A DNA stretch of 11,157 nucleotides from a virus (lineage: Duplodnaviria; Heunggongvirae; Uroviricota; Caudoviricetes): the IMG/VR virus record IMGVR_UViG_3300031248_000001. One strand, 5' to 3'. Shown here in pieces: positions 1 through 6,734 of the stretch. The notes below the pieces were generated by a model. That model was not told the origin of the DNA and did no database searches. It worked only from the letters and a program-made list of their open reading frames with translations. The position numbers and the translations under genes are program-made. Position 1 is the stretch's first letter; each line of letters begins with the position of its first letter.

Positions 1-1
1 A

Positions 2-589
2 CAGGGCGCGGACGCGGACTATACCCGGAAGCTGGAGGAGACGCGGAAGCGGGCTTCCGAAGCGACGACCCGGAAGGCGAAGGAACTGGCGGCAGGCGCG
101 GAAGCGCGGCGGCTGGAGTTCCTGAAGGCACGCGAGGAGGGACGGCCCCTCCCGGCGGTGTCCGCGGCCTCGATCTCCGTGATGGAGGACCCGACCGTGC
201 CGCTGGACCGCAGTGGGCAGCCGCTGGACCCCAGCTTCGTCTACAAGTGGGGCCGGATGTGCGACGCGGCGGAGCGGGACGATAAGGGCGCGCACCTGGC
301 GGGCCTGATCCGCGAAGGGTACGAGGTGGTGAAGGATCCCGGTGACGGGCAGCCGATCACCCACATGCGCCACACGCTGCTGCGGGCGACCCCGGAAGCG
401 GACGCCGAGCGCCGGGCGAAGCACATGCAGAACCTCGTCAGTGCCGGCAAGCGGGAAGTGCGGGCGTACGAGGACAGCATCGAAGGCACGAACCGCGCGC
501 TGGGCGCGGAGGCCATGCAGCCGTATGACGGGGGGACCCGTCGCACCAAGGTTTCGCTCGCGGAAGCGGCGGCCGGGCTCACCGAGTAA
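2..589 (+). CDS. 5'-truncated scaffold-like / head-assembly protein
   Basis: The frame of track ORF 158..589 is open back to position 2 (QGADADYTRKLEETRKRASEATTRKAKELAAGAEARRLEFLKAREEG), a K/E/R/A-rich coiled-coil-like stretch, so the true start is probably outside the window. The C-terminal part (FVYKWGR...DDKGAHLAGLIREGYEVV) resembles small proteins I associate with the position just upstream of capsid genes. Function inferred from position and composition. Confidence 0.5.
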   Translation, partial: QGADADYTRKLEETRKRASEATTRKAKELAAGAEARRLEFLKAREEGRPLPAVSAASISVMEDPTVPLDRSGQPLDPSFVYKWGRMCDAAERDDKGAHLAGLIREGYEVVKDPGDGQPITHMRHTLLRATPEADAERRAKHMQNLVSAGKREVRAYEDSIEGTNRALGAEAMQPYDGGTRRTKVSLAEAAAGLTE

Positions 590-631
590 GACGACCGGGA
601 ACGCGTCGTTCAAAGCAAGTTTCACGCACTC

Positions 632-665
632 AGGCTGCCTGTAAGGGGCGGCCTCTTTCGTTTTT
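632..665 (+). terminator. Intrinsic terminator-like hairpin plus U-tract
   Basis: Stem AGGCTGCC (632-639) / GGCGGCCT (647-654), 8 bp with one G-U, followed by CTTTCGTTTTT. Confidence 0.6.
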
Positions 666-684
666 GAGGGAGAGAAGCGATGGC
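664..684 (+). repeat. 21-bp RBS/start cassette, copy 1 (TTGAGGGAGAGAAGCGATGGC)
   Basis: Identical to 1272-1292; contains the SD-like GAGGGAG and ATG 680. Confidence 0.9.
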
Positions 685-1207
685 GACCATTTCGATTGGT
701 CATGCGATCTACCTCGGCAACCCGGACGGCCAGACGCTGTACGAGGGGGGTGCCGAGCGGACGGGCATCAAGGAGACGGCCTCTCAGACCTACGGGCAGG
801 GCGCGCCGCTCTACAAGGACTCCAGCGGCACGATTGCGATTGCTACGGCGTCCTCGAACGTCGTGGCGCTCTGCACGGGGTTCGCGATGGAGGCGGCGTC
901 CGGGACGACCGGGCAGTCCGTGTACTACCGGCGGCTGCGGCCGGGCGACAAGTACGTGGTGAACGTGGCGGGGACTTCCACCACGACCACGAACGCCAAT
1001 ATGGTGGGCGACCTGACGAACTTCGACATCAGCTCGGGTAAGTTGGTCGCCAACCCGGACGGCACGGACGACACCAAGCTCGCGGCGATCATCGTGGCGC
1101 TCTACGTGCCGACGACGTTCGGCTACAACGAGGCGGCGGACGCGGCCGGGGACACGAACGGTCGGATCGTCGTGCAGTTCATCGACAACAAGGCCATCCA
1201 GCGGTAA
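680..1207 (+). CDS. Putative capsid decoration/cement protein
   Basis: 175 aa, strong SD, directly upstream of the MCP and sharing its leader; Gly/Ala/Thr-rich and beta-like (21 Thr and 11 Ser by count). Function inferred from position. Confidence 0.6.
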   Translation: MATISIGHAIYLGNPDGQTLYEGGAERTGIKETASQTYGQGAPLYKDSSGTIAIATASSNVVALCTGFAMEAASGTTGQSVYYRRLRPGDKYVVNVAGTSTTTTNANMVGDLTNFDISSGKLVANPDGTDDTKLAAIIVALYVPTTFGYNEAADAAGDTNGRIVVQFIDNKAIQR

Positions 1208-1234
1208 GCGCCGCGGCCCTGCAACGTTTCACGC

Positions 1235-1269
1235 AATCCCCTGCGGCCTACGGGTCGGCGGGGGTTTTT
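1235..1269 (+). terminator. Intrinsic terminator-like hairpin plus U-tract
   Basis: CCCCTGCGGCC (1238-1248), C(UACG)G tetraloop, GGTCGGCGGGGG (1253-1264, one bulge), then TTTTT. Confidence 0.7.
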
Positions 1270-1271
1270 CA

Positions 1272-1292
1272 TTGAGGGAGAGAAGCGATGGC
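1272..1292 (+). repeat. 21-bp RBS/start cassette, copy 2
   Basis: Identical to 664-684; contains ATG 1288. Confidence 0.9.
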
Positions 1293-2226
1293 TCTGCTAG
1301 GTGGAACCGTCACGCGTTCGCATTTTGCAAACGCGCTGGAAGCGAACCTGCGGAAAGGGTACGTAGAGGAGTACAAGATCCTCTCCGCGCGTGCCCTCTA
1401 TCCGCGCATCTACAACTTGCTGGACTCGGACGGCAAGATCGAGCGCTTCACGGTCAACGCGGGGTTGGGGACCTTCCCGACCAAGCCGGAGAACGATGCG
1501 TTCGACTACGACGCGCCGCAAGAGGCGTGGACCCAGAACCTGACCAACGTCGAGTACGCGCTCGGGGTCAGTGTGTCCATGACCGCGATGGAAGACGACA
1601 TGCACGGGCTCATCAAGAAGAGCCTGCGGCAGAACGGCGGCGCCTTGATGAAGGTGGCGATGTACACGAAGGAGCGGGACGCGATGACGCTGTTCAACTC
1701 CACGCTCACTTCGGGCACCGCCTACACGGCCGGCGGAACGAACTACTCCGTGCTCGCGACCAACCACTTCCGGGTGGATGGCGGGACGTGGAGCAACAAG
1801 TTCGCCAGTTCGACCGACCTTTCCATCGAGGCGCTCGAAGCCGCTATCCAGCACTGGATGGCGAACCAGAAGAACCAGCGCGGCCAGATCAGCATGGTGA
1901 TGCCGACGACCCTGATGGTCGCCCCCGGCAACGTCATGCTGGCCCGCCGGATCGTCAACTCGGTGAAGCTGCCGCAGTCCGCGGACAACGATCCGAACCC
2001 GGCCGGCTCGATGATCGATGAGATCATCGAGCACCCGCTGCTCACTAACGATGGGCGCTGGCTGCTGTTCGCTCCGAAAGACGAGCGCCGCCTGCCCTAC
2101 ATCGAGCGCGTGCGCCCGAACGTCTTCCGCCAGCCGGACGGGGACAACGGGGCCAGTCGCTGGGTTGGCCGCTACCGGTGCGTGTCGGGCTTGGTCGACC
2201 CAATCGGTACCTTCGGGACGGACTGA
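1288..2226 (+). CDS. Major capsid protein, Mu gpT-like family (HK97 fold)
   Basis: 312 aa. Motifs YDAPQEAWT...EYALGVSVSMTAMEDD, TDLSIEALEAAI, PTTLMVAP, SADNDPN and C-terminal RY..SGLVDPIGTFGT match the pattern I recognise from Mu-gpT-like MCPs (YDNAQEAWT...ALGFSITEEAIEDN; DLNETSLEAA; ADNDIN; SDPLGMFGS). Strong SD and flanking terminators. Confidence 0.85.
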   Translation: MALLGGTVTRSHFANALEANLRKGYVEEYKILSARALYPRIYNLLDSDGKIERFTVNAGLGTFPTKPENDAFDYDAPQEAWTQNLTNVEYALGVSVSMTAMEDDMHGLIKKSLRQNGGALMKVAMYTKERDAMTLFNSTLTSGTAYTAGGTNYSVLATNHFRVDGGTWSNKFASSTDLSIEALEAAIQHWMANQKNQRGQISMVMPTTLMVAPGNVMLARRIVNSVKLPQSADNDPNPAGSMIDEIIEHPLLTNDGRWLLFAPKDERRLPYIERVRPNVFRQPDGDNGASRWVGRYRCVSGLVDPIGTFGTD

Positions 2227-2252
2227 GGACCGTTCCCTATCAACTGAACATC

Positions 2253-2290
2253 GGGGCCTGCCCTTCACCGGGGCGGGCCTCTTTTCATTT
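2253..2290 (+). terminator. Intrinsic terminator after the MCP gene
   Basis: GGGGCCTGCCC (2253-2263) / GGGCGGGCCTC (2271-2281), 11-bp stem with two G-U, then TTTTCATTT. Confidence 0.75.
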
Positions 2291-2304
2291 ACAGGAGGCA
2301 CTCC

Positions 2305-3105
2305 ATGTCCGTGCTCTTAGGGCACCAGGGCGCTGGGGGAAGCGATTTCCGGTTCCCGCTCCGGACGATTTCGCGGGGCAACGCCGGGGTGGTGGACATC
2401 CACGCTCCGACGCTGTTTCAGGCGTATCCCAACTGGTTCTGGTATTACGAAGACTTCCTCTGGGACGCCTTCGATGCCGATGAGATGGCGCTGTCGATCT
2501 ACGACCACTCGCCTTCCGGTTCCCCGACCAAGGGGCTAGTAGCGAACGGCACGGGCGGCCAGTTCCAGCTCAAGGCCAGCAGCACTTCCGAAGCGCAGAT
2601 GCTGGCGATCTGCCAAGATGACAACCTGTTCATCCAGGGGAACCTGCCGTTCATGTTCGCGGCCCGCGTCAAGGTCGTGCACACGATGGCCGCGAACCAG
2701 AACGTGCTCATCGGCGTGACCTCCGCGTTCAAGAATGATCCGGTGACCCCGGACTACTGGACGCGGCACGCGATGTTCAAGTTGGACACGGATACGGACC
2801 TGCTGCTGGAGTCGGATGACAACACGACCGATACCGACGACAAGGACACCGGCATCGACATCACGGCCGGTGAGTGGTACTGGTACGTGATCGAGAACGG
2901 CAGCAACGGCCGGCTCTACTACGGGCTGATCGACAACGAAGGCTACATGAAGACCTGGAACCTGGAGGACAAGTTCGGCGTAACGGCCCCCAGCTACGGG
3001 GCGAACAACATGCAGCCGTTCGTGGGGGTCCTCAAGGCCTCCGGCACGACCACGCCCGAGATTCTCTGCGATGCCGTCCTGTACGGCGGACAGCGCGTCC
3101 AGTAA
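2305..3105 (+). CDS. Putative virion structural protein (beta-rich, possible head decoration/lectin-like fold)
   Basis: 266 aa, SD AGGAGG at 2293-2298, immediately after the MCP; acidic, aromatic and beta-strand-like (WYYEDF, GGQFQL, FAARVKV, WYWYVIE). No motif I can assign firmly. Confidence 0.45.
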   Translation: MSVLLGHQGAGGSDFRFPLRTISRGNAGVVDIHAPTLFQAYPNWFWYYEDFLWDAFDADEMALSIYDHSPSGSPTKGLVANGTGGQFQLKASSTSEAQMLAICQDDNLFIQGNLPFMFAARVKVVHTMAANQNVLIGVTSAFKNDPVTPDYWTRHAMFKLDTDTDLLLESDDNTTDTDDKDTGIDITAGEWYWYVIENGSNGRLYYGLIDNEGYMKTWNLEDKFGVTAPSYGANNMQPFVGVLKASGTTTPEILCDAVLYGGQRVQ

Positions 3106-4209
3106 GTGAAGGCGTTCGTCTTCCGTTCGGAAGGAACTCCGGCCCCGCCCGAGGCGAGGGAGTGGGACTACAACCCCGCTCCCTCGCCGCTCCCCCTCGT
3201 CTCCGTCATCGTCGCCTGCCTCGGGCAACTCGACTACACGAAAGGGCTCGTGGCTTCCCTGGAAGCGAACGCGGGCTGCGAGTACGAGTTGATCCTGGTA
3301 GACAACGGGTGCCCGGAGGGGACGGCGGCCTGGGCGAAGCAGCAGGGTATCCGGTGCGTGCGGTTCCGTGAGAACCAGGGGGTGCCGAAAGCGTATAACG
3401 CAGGGGTGAAGGAAGCGCGCGGCGAGATCATCGCGCTCTGGAACAACGATCAAGTCTGTCACCCGCACGGGCTCAAGCGGCTCGCGGAAGCGTGCTACAC
3501 GCGCGGGATCGCGGCGCAGGGCGCGGGTATGTGGGATGACGGGGGCGGATACGTCGGCGGCTCGGACGAAGCGTGGTGGTCCGATAACGCGGGCGGGAAC
3601 GCGTTGGTTTTCCAACGCCAGGTCTGGGAAGACGTGGGGGAGTGGGATGAAGCCTTCTTCCCCTCCTACTCGGATGATACTGATTGGTGCTTGCGGGCGC
3701 GGTTGAAGGGTTGGGACTTCCGGTGCCTGCGGGGCTGCGTGACGCACTTCGGGCAGAAGACGAGCGGCTCGATGGATCTGCGCGAGGTGGTGCTGCGGCA
3801 TCAGCAGATCATCCGGGACCGCTACCTGCATCTGGGGCTCGGGCAGCGCATCCTCGTGATCCGCTACGCGGCGGCGGGCGATATCCTGATGACGACCCCC
3901 GTGCTGCGGGCATTAAAGAAGCAGGTGCCGCTGGCTCGCCTGCACGTGTATTGTCATCCGGGGGCGGGCTCGGTGCTGGCTGGGAACCCGCACGTCGACC
4001 ATCGGACCGACCAGCTTGTGGACCCGCGGCGCTACACGCGGCTCATCGATCTGACGAACGCTTACGAGGCGGGACAGCGGCGCGGGGAGTGGGAGCATCC
4101 CGTCCGGGCCTACTGCGAGCGGGCGGGGGTCGAGTTCGATGGGAAGCCGTATGACCTGTACATCCCGGAGCGGCTGCGGGAGTGGGCAAAGGAGATGTTT
4201 CCACAATGA
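3106..4209 (+). CDS. Glycosyltransferase fusion: GT2 domain plus N-terminal half of a GT9 (heptosyltransferase-like) domain
   Basis: GT2 motifs: LVSVIV, LILVDNG, ENQGVPKAYNAG, IALWNND, GEWDEAFFPSYSDDTDWCLRA. From ~3847, RILVIRYAAAGDILMTTPVLRALKKQVPLARLHV...LAGNPHVD is the typical WaaC/WaaF-like GT9 N-terminus. GTG start abuts the upstream TAA. Confidence 0.85.
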   Translation: MKAFVFRSEGTPAPPEAREWDYNPAPSPLPLVSVIVACLGQLDYTKGLVASLEANAGCEYELILVDNGCPEGTAAWAKQQGIRCVRFRENQGVPKAYNAGVKEARGEIIALWNNDQVCHPHGLKRLAEACYTRGIAAQGAGMWDDGGGYVGGSDEAWWSDNAGGNALVFQRQVWEDVGEWDEAFFPSYSDDTDWCLRARLKGWDFRCLRGCVTHFGQKTSGSMDLREVVLRHQQIIRDRYLHLGLGQRILVIRYAAAGDILMTTPVLRALKKQVPLARLHVYCHPGAGSVLAGNPHVDHRTDQLVDPRRYTRLIDLTNAYEAGQRRGEWEHPVRAYCERAGVEFDGKPYDLYIPERLREWAKEMFPQ

Positions 4210-4436
4210 TGAATTTCATCGCTCCGGTCTTACTCTTTTGGGTGCCCCTTACGGTCTTGATCTTGATGGGCCTTTCTTACGAGGAGAGGACCGGGCAGAG
4301 CGACAGGTGTCTGCCGTTCTGGGGCGAGTTCATCTACAGGACAAGCCTCGTCGGCATGTTCTTGATGGTCTTGAACCTGATCGGGTGGGGGATGGCGCAG
4401 GGGATTGCCAAGACGGTGGGCATTTCGGGGCAATGA
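4206..4436 (+). CDS. Small membrane protein (76 aa, two hydrophobic segments)
   Basis: MMNFIAPVLLFWVPLTVLILMGL...SLVGMFLMVLNLIGWGMAQGIA. ATGA overlaps at both ends, AAGGAG at 4189-4194, and about 64 of 76 codons end in G/C although local GC is only ~55%. Confidence 0.7.
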   Translation: MMNFIAPVLLFWVPLTVLILMGLSYEERTGQSDRCLPFWGEFIYRTSLVGMFLMVLNLIGWGMAQGIAKTVGISGQ

Positions 4437-4933
4437 TTTACATCGCCGCTGGCATCCGCTCCGGCACCCGCATCAAGCAGAACTACCGCGCCTCCGGCTG
4501 GCTGGAGATCGCCAACGCCTTACCGGCCGGGATGCGCCTCGTGGCCCTGGACAGCGCCCCGCGTCCGCCGCTCGGCGCACACGGCCCCTCTGCCCTCGAT
4601 GACGCGTTCTACGACCATCCCAACGTCTTGGATCTGACCGGAGAGACGGAGTCGATCCACCACGCCGCCGCGTTGATCGAACGGTGCTCTGCCTTCGTGG
4701 GCGTGGACTCGGCGCTCCTGCACGTGGCGCACGCGCTGGGTAAGCCGGTACAGGTGTTGTGCGCGGCGGCCCCGATGGAGGCGCGGCTGCCGATCGTGGG
4801 GCAGGGTGACGGCTTCGAGGGCGGGGCGGACTGCTTCCCGTGCCAGTACCGGACGCCGTGTCCGGAGCGGAGCCACTGTCTGGATTGGGTGAAGGGGGAG
4901 TGGGTGGCGAAGAAGATTGGGGAGATGGTATGA
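4433..4933 (+). CDS. C-terminal half of a GT9 glycosyltransferase
   Basis: Starts MIYIAAG at an ATGA overlap (track ORF 4139..4933 is over-extended). Contains VLDLTGET..HHAAALIERCSAFVGVDSALLHVAHALGKPV and a C-terminal CFPC...C...C cluster, both typical of GT9 C-domains. Confidence 0.8.
   Translation: MIYIAAGIRSGTRIKQNYRASGWLEIANALPAGMRLVALDSAPRPPLGAHGPSALDDAFYDHPNVLDLTGETESIHHAAALIERCSAFVGVDSALLHVAHALGKPVQVLCAAAPMEARLPIVGQGDGFEGGADCFPCQYRTPCPERSHCLDWVKGEWVAKKIGEMV
4905..4929 (+). repeat. 25-bp imperfect direct repeat, copy 1 (3' end of the GT9 C-half gene)
   Basis: TGGCGAAGAAGATTGGGGAGATGGT versus 5071-5095 TGGCGCGGAAGATTAGGGAGATGGT, 22/25 identical. Confidence 0.8.
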
Positions 4934-5034
4934 TGCTGTCACCTGATCGACGGTGCGCGTCGGGGGTGCTGCGACACCTGCGGCTGCTAAGTGAGGCTCT
5001 CGCAGGAGCCAAACCGGCTCGGTTCAGGGATTAG
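4930..5034 (+). CDS. Possible 34-aa micro-ORF (MMLSPDRRCASGVLRHLRLLSEALAGAKPARFRD)
   Basis: ATGA overlap with the GT9C stop and GGAG at 4921-4924, but no clear GC3 bias (~21/34) and it overlaps structured sequence. Confidence 0.25.
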   Translation: MMLSPDRRCASGVLRHLRLLSEALAGAKPARFRD

Positions 5035-5066
5035 GGGTCTCATCGAAAGGTGAGGCCCTTTCTAAT
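5030..5066 (+). other. Stable RNA hairpin with GAAA tetraloop (possible terminator or structured element)
   Basis: ATTAG-GGGTCTCATC (GAAA) GGTGAGGCCC-TTT-CTAAT: 10-bp inner stem plus 5-bp outer stem separated by a 3-nt bulge. The U-tract after the inner stem is short (TTTCT). Confidence 0.55.
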
Positions 5067-5070
5067 GCAA

Positions 5071-5095
5071 TGGCGCGGAAGATTAGGGAGATGGT
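5071..5095 (+). repeat. 25-bp imperfect direct repeat, copy 2
   Basis: 22/25 identical to 4905-4929; reads (M)ARKIREMV versus (V)AKKIGEMV. Confidence 0.8.
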
Positions 5096-5098
5096 GTC

Positions 5099-5125
5099 GG
5101 CGGGGCCAGCATAGCCAGCCCCGCC
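5099..5125 (+). other. GC-rich hairpin (weak terminator candidate)
   Basis: GGCGGGGC (5099-5106) / GCCCCGCC (5118-5125), perfect 8 bp with an 11-nt loop; only TT follows. Confidence 0.4.
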
Positions 5126-5295
5126 TTCGATGCCTGGACAGCGCAAGGGGGTGCCCATTCCCATCCTTCCCGGATGCCTCCAAGCTGCTCGGGACTCAGA
5201 GCTTTCATGCGCCACGCCCGCCGTTTAGCTGACCTGTCGATGCCTCGAACAAATCAGCCGAAGCAGGCGCTGAGACCAGGGTTTTAGTCTATCAC

Positions 5296-6111
5296 ATGAC
5301 CCGCCCCCTCCTCTCCGTCCACATGCCCCTGCACCGGGCCGTGGAGTTCGACTACCCCTACATCGAAGCCCTGCAGTCCGTCCTCCCTATCGCGGACGAG
5401 GTTCACGTAGTCGTCCACCCGAGCGGGGACGGCACCGAGGAGCAGCTCGGCAAGCTGGCCTGGGAGCACCGCCCGAAGATTCACCTGCACGAGTGGGAGT
5501 GGTGGCAGCCGGCACGGAAAGAGAAGTGCCTCGCGGACGCGACCAACTACGGGATCGAACAGTGCGCCGGGGTCTGGCACCTGGCGCTCCAGGCCGACGA
5601 AGTGGTGCACGAGAGCCAGTTGGAAGCGCTGCTGGCGCTGTGCCGTCAGGACGAATACCCGTGGGTGGAATTCGAGCGCCTGAACCTTTACGGGACGTTC
5701 GACGGCTACAACACGAACCGGGGACGCTGGCCGTGTTCGGTGGTCCGGCTGGCGAAGCGCGACCTCTACCCGCACATTTGCAGCTACGACGACGCGACGC
5801 ACCTGGGGATACCGAAGGGGTACGATGAGCGGGAGACGCCCCGGCTGGATGCGCGCGGGCAAGTAGCGCTCTGGCATTACAGCTATACGCGGACGGGGCG
5901 CGCGTTTGTGGAGCGGCAGGCGTCGATGGCTAGATTATACGGCCTCAACCCCGATCCGGTGGTGGAAGCGCATCGGGCGGAGGAACGAGTGGATTGGTGG
6001 AAGACCGTGCCTCGGGCGGAGTTCGCACCGCTGCCGAGCGAGCATCCCCAGGTGATGCGGGAATGGGTGGAAGCAAGACGGGAACGGGTCCACGCGGGGG
6101 CTTGGGAGTGA
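5296..6111 (+). CDS. Glycosyltransferase, GT-A fold (GT2-like)
   Basis: LLSVHMP, YPYIEALQSVLPIADEVHVVV..SGDGTEE, LADATNYGIEQCAGVWHLALQADEVVHE: a GT2-like N-terminus with a QADE DxD-type motif. Confidence 0.8.
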   Translation: MTRPLLSVHMPLHRAVEFDYPYIEALQSVLPIADEVHVVVHPSGDGTEEQLGKLAWEHRPKIHLHEWEWWQPARKEKCLADATNYGIEQCAGVWHLALQADEVVHESQLEALLALCRQDEYPWVEFERLNLYGTFDGYNTNRGRWPCSVVRLAKRDLYPHICSYDDATHLGIPKGYDERETPRLDARGQVALWHYSYTRTGRAFVERQASMARLYGLNPDPVVEAHRAEERVDWWKTVPRAEFAPLPSEHPQVMREWVEARRERVHAGAWE

Positions 6112-6734
6112 GTCTCGTTGCCCACGCCCAGCAGTCCGTGGCCGACGTGCTGATCGGGCGCGTGGAAGTGCCGCGCGAGATCTTCGAGATCGGCGGCTTC
6201 TGCGGCGCCTCCTTCCGCGCCCTCGTAAACCGCCTGTGCCGCCCGCCAGCAACCGCGTATCTCGAAGTAGGCGTTTTGCACGGAGCGACCTTCTGCTCGG
6301 CCCTGGCGGGCAACACGGGGCTGCGGGCGTGCGGGGTGGACAACTTCTCCAACCCGTCCTTCAACGGCAGCGAGGAGATCGTCCGGGCGAACCTGACGAA
6401 GTGGCAGGGCGCGAACGAGGTGCGGTTCCTGAACGCGGACGCCTGGGGGCTGGACCCTCTGACGTTGGGCGGCCCGTTCGATGTCTACCTGTACGACGCG
6501 GATCACAGCGAGGCAGGCACGGCGCGCGGCATCACCCATTTCCTGCCGGCGCTCGCGCGGCCGTTCGTCTTGCTGATGGACGATTACGAGCGGCCCGAGG
6601 TGGCGGCGGGGACGGAGCGCGGGATTGCCGAGGCGGGTTTGCGCGTGCTCTGGGACGCCTCCTTCTACCCGCCGGTGCCGCCAGACGGGGGCGGCACGTG
6701 GTTGAACGGGCTGTATCTCGCCGTGCTGGAATGA
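6108..6734 (+). CDS. Class I SAM-dependent methyltransferase (Methyltransf_24-like; candidate sugar O-methyltransferase)
   Basis: GTGA overlap start at 6108 (208 aa; track start 5994 is over-extended). Motifs YLEVGVLHGAT, GVDNF, PFDVYLYDADH and LLMDDY. Confidence 0.8.
   Translation: MSLVAHAQQSVADVLIGRVEVPREIFEIGGFCGASFRALVNRLCRPPATAYLEVGVLHGATFCSALAGNTGLRACGVDNFSNPSFNGSEEIVRANLTKWQGANEVRFLNADAWGLDPLTLGGPFDVYLYDADHSEAGTARGITHFLPALARPFVLLMDDYERPEVAAGTERGIAEAGLRVLWDASFYPPVPPDGGGTWLNGLYLAVLE

Noticed and set aside
664-2021. Track ORFs 664..1041 and 1272..2021, both starting MRERSDG
   Set aside because: An artefact of the duplicated 21-bp leader read from TTG in an alternative frame over real genes.
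1288-3105. N-X-S/T sequons in capsid proteins as N-glycosylation sites
   Set aside because: Expected by chance in Asn/Thr-rich proteins, and no oligosaccharyltransferase or GT41-type enzyme is visible.
4139-4432. Open +1 frame through the insert that could fuse the GT9 halves by frameshifting
   Set aside because: That frame has poor G/C third-position usage while the membrane ORF frame has ~84%. There is no convincing slippery site at TTT CCA CAA TGA, so it is most likely a shadow frame.
4204-4437. T4 gene 60-like translational bypass or clean target-site duplication via CAATGAT
   Set aside because: Landing on the second CAA is followed by TGA, and deleting 227 bp leaves the stop in frame. 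Four of the seven shared bases are just the ATGA overlap.
4943-5048. Hammerhead ribozyme core (CTGATCGA ... CGAAA)
   Set aside because: The core is not CUGANGA, and stems I-III cannot be built around it.
4953-5066. Mini group II intron-like signals (GTGCG 5' end, GAGCC...CGGTTC, terminal hairpin ending AAT)
   Set aside because: Only 114 nt, the domain V upper helix and bulge are missing, there is no clear branch A, and the spliced frame is not protein-like.
4905-5095. DGR template/variable repeat pair
   Set aside because: Far too short, the mismatches are not confined to adenines of one copy, and no reverse transcriptase is present in the window.
5024-5232. Short ORFs in the gap (5050..5232 +, 5024..5215 -)
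   Set aside because: No SD, no convincing coding signal and non-protein-like composition.
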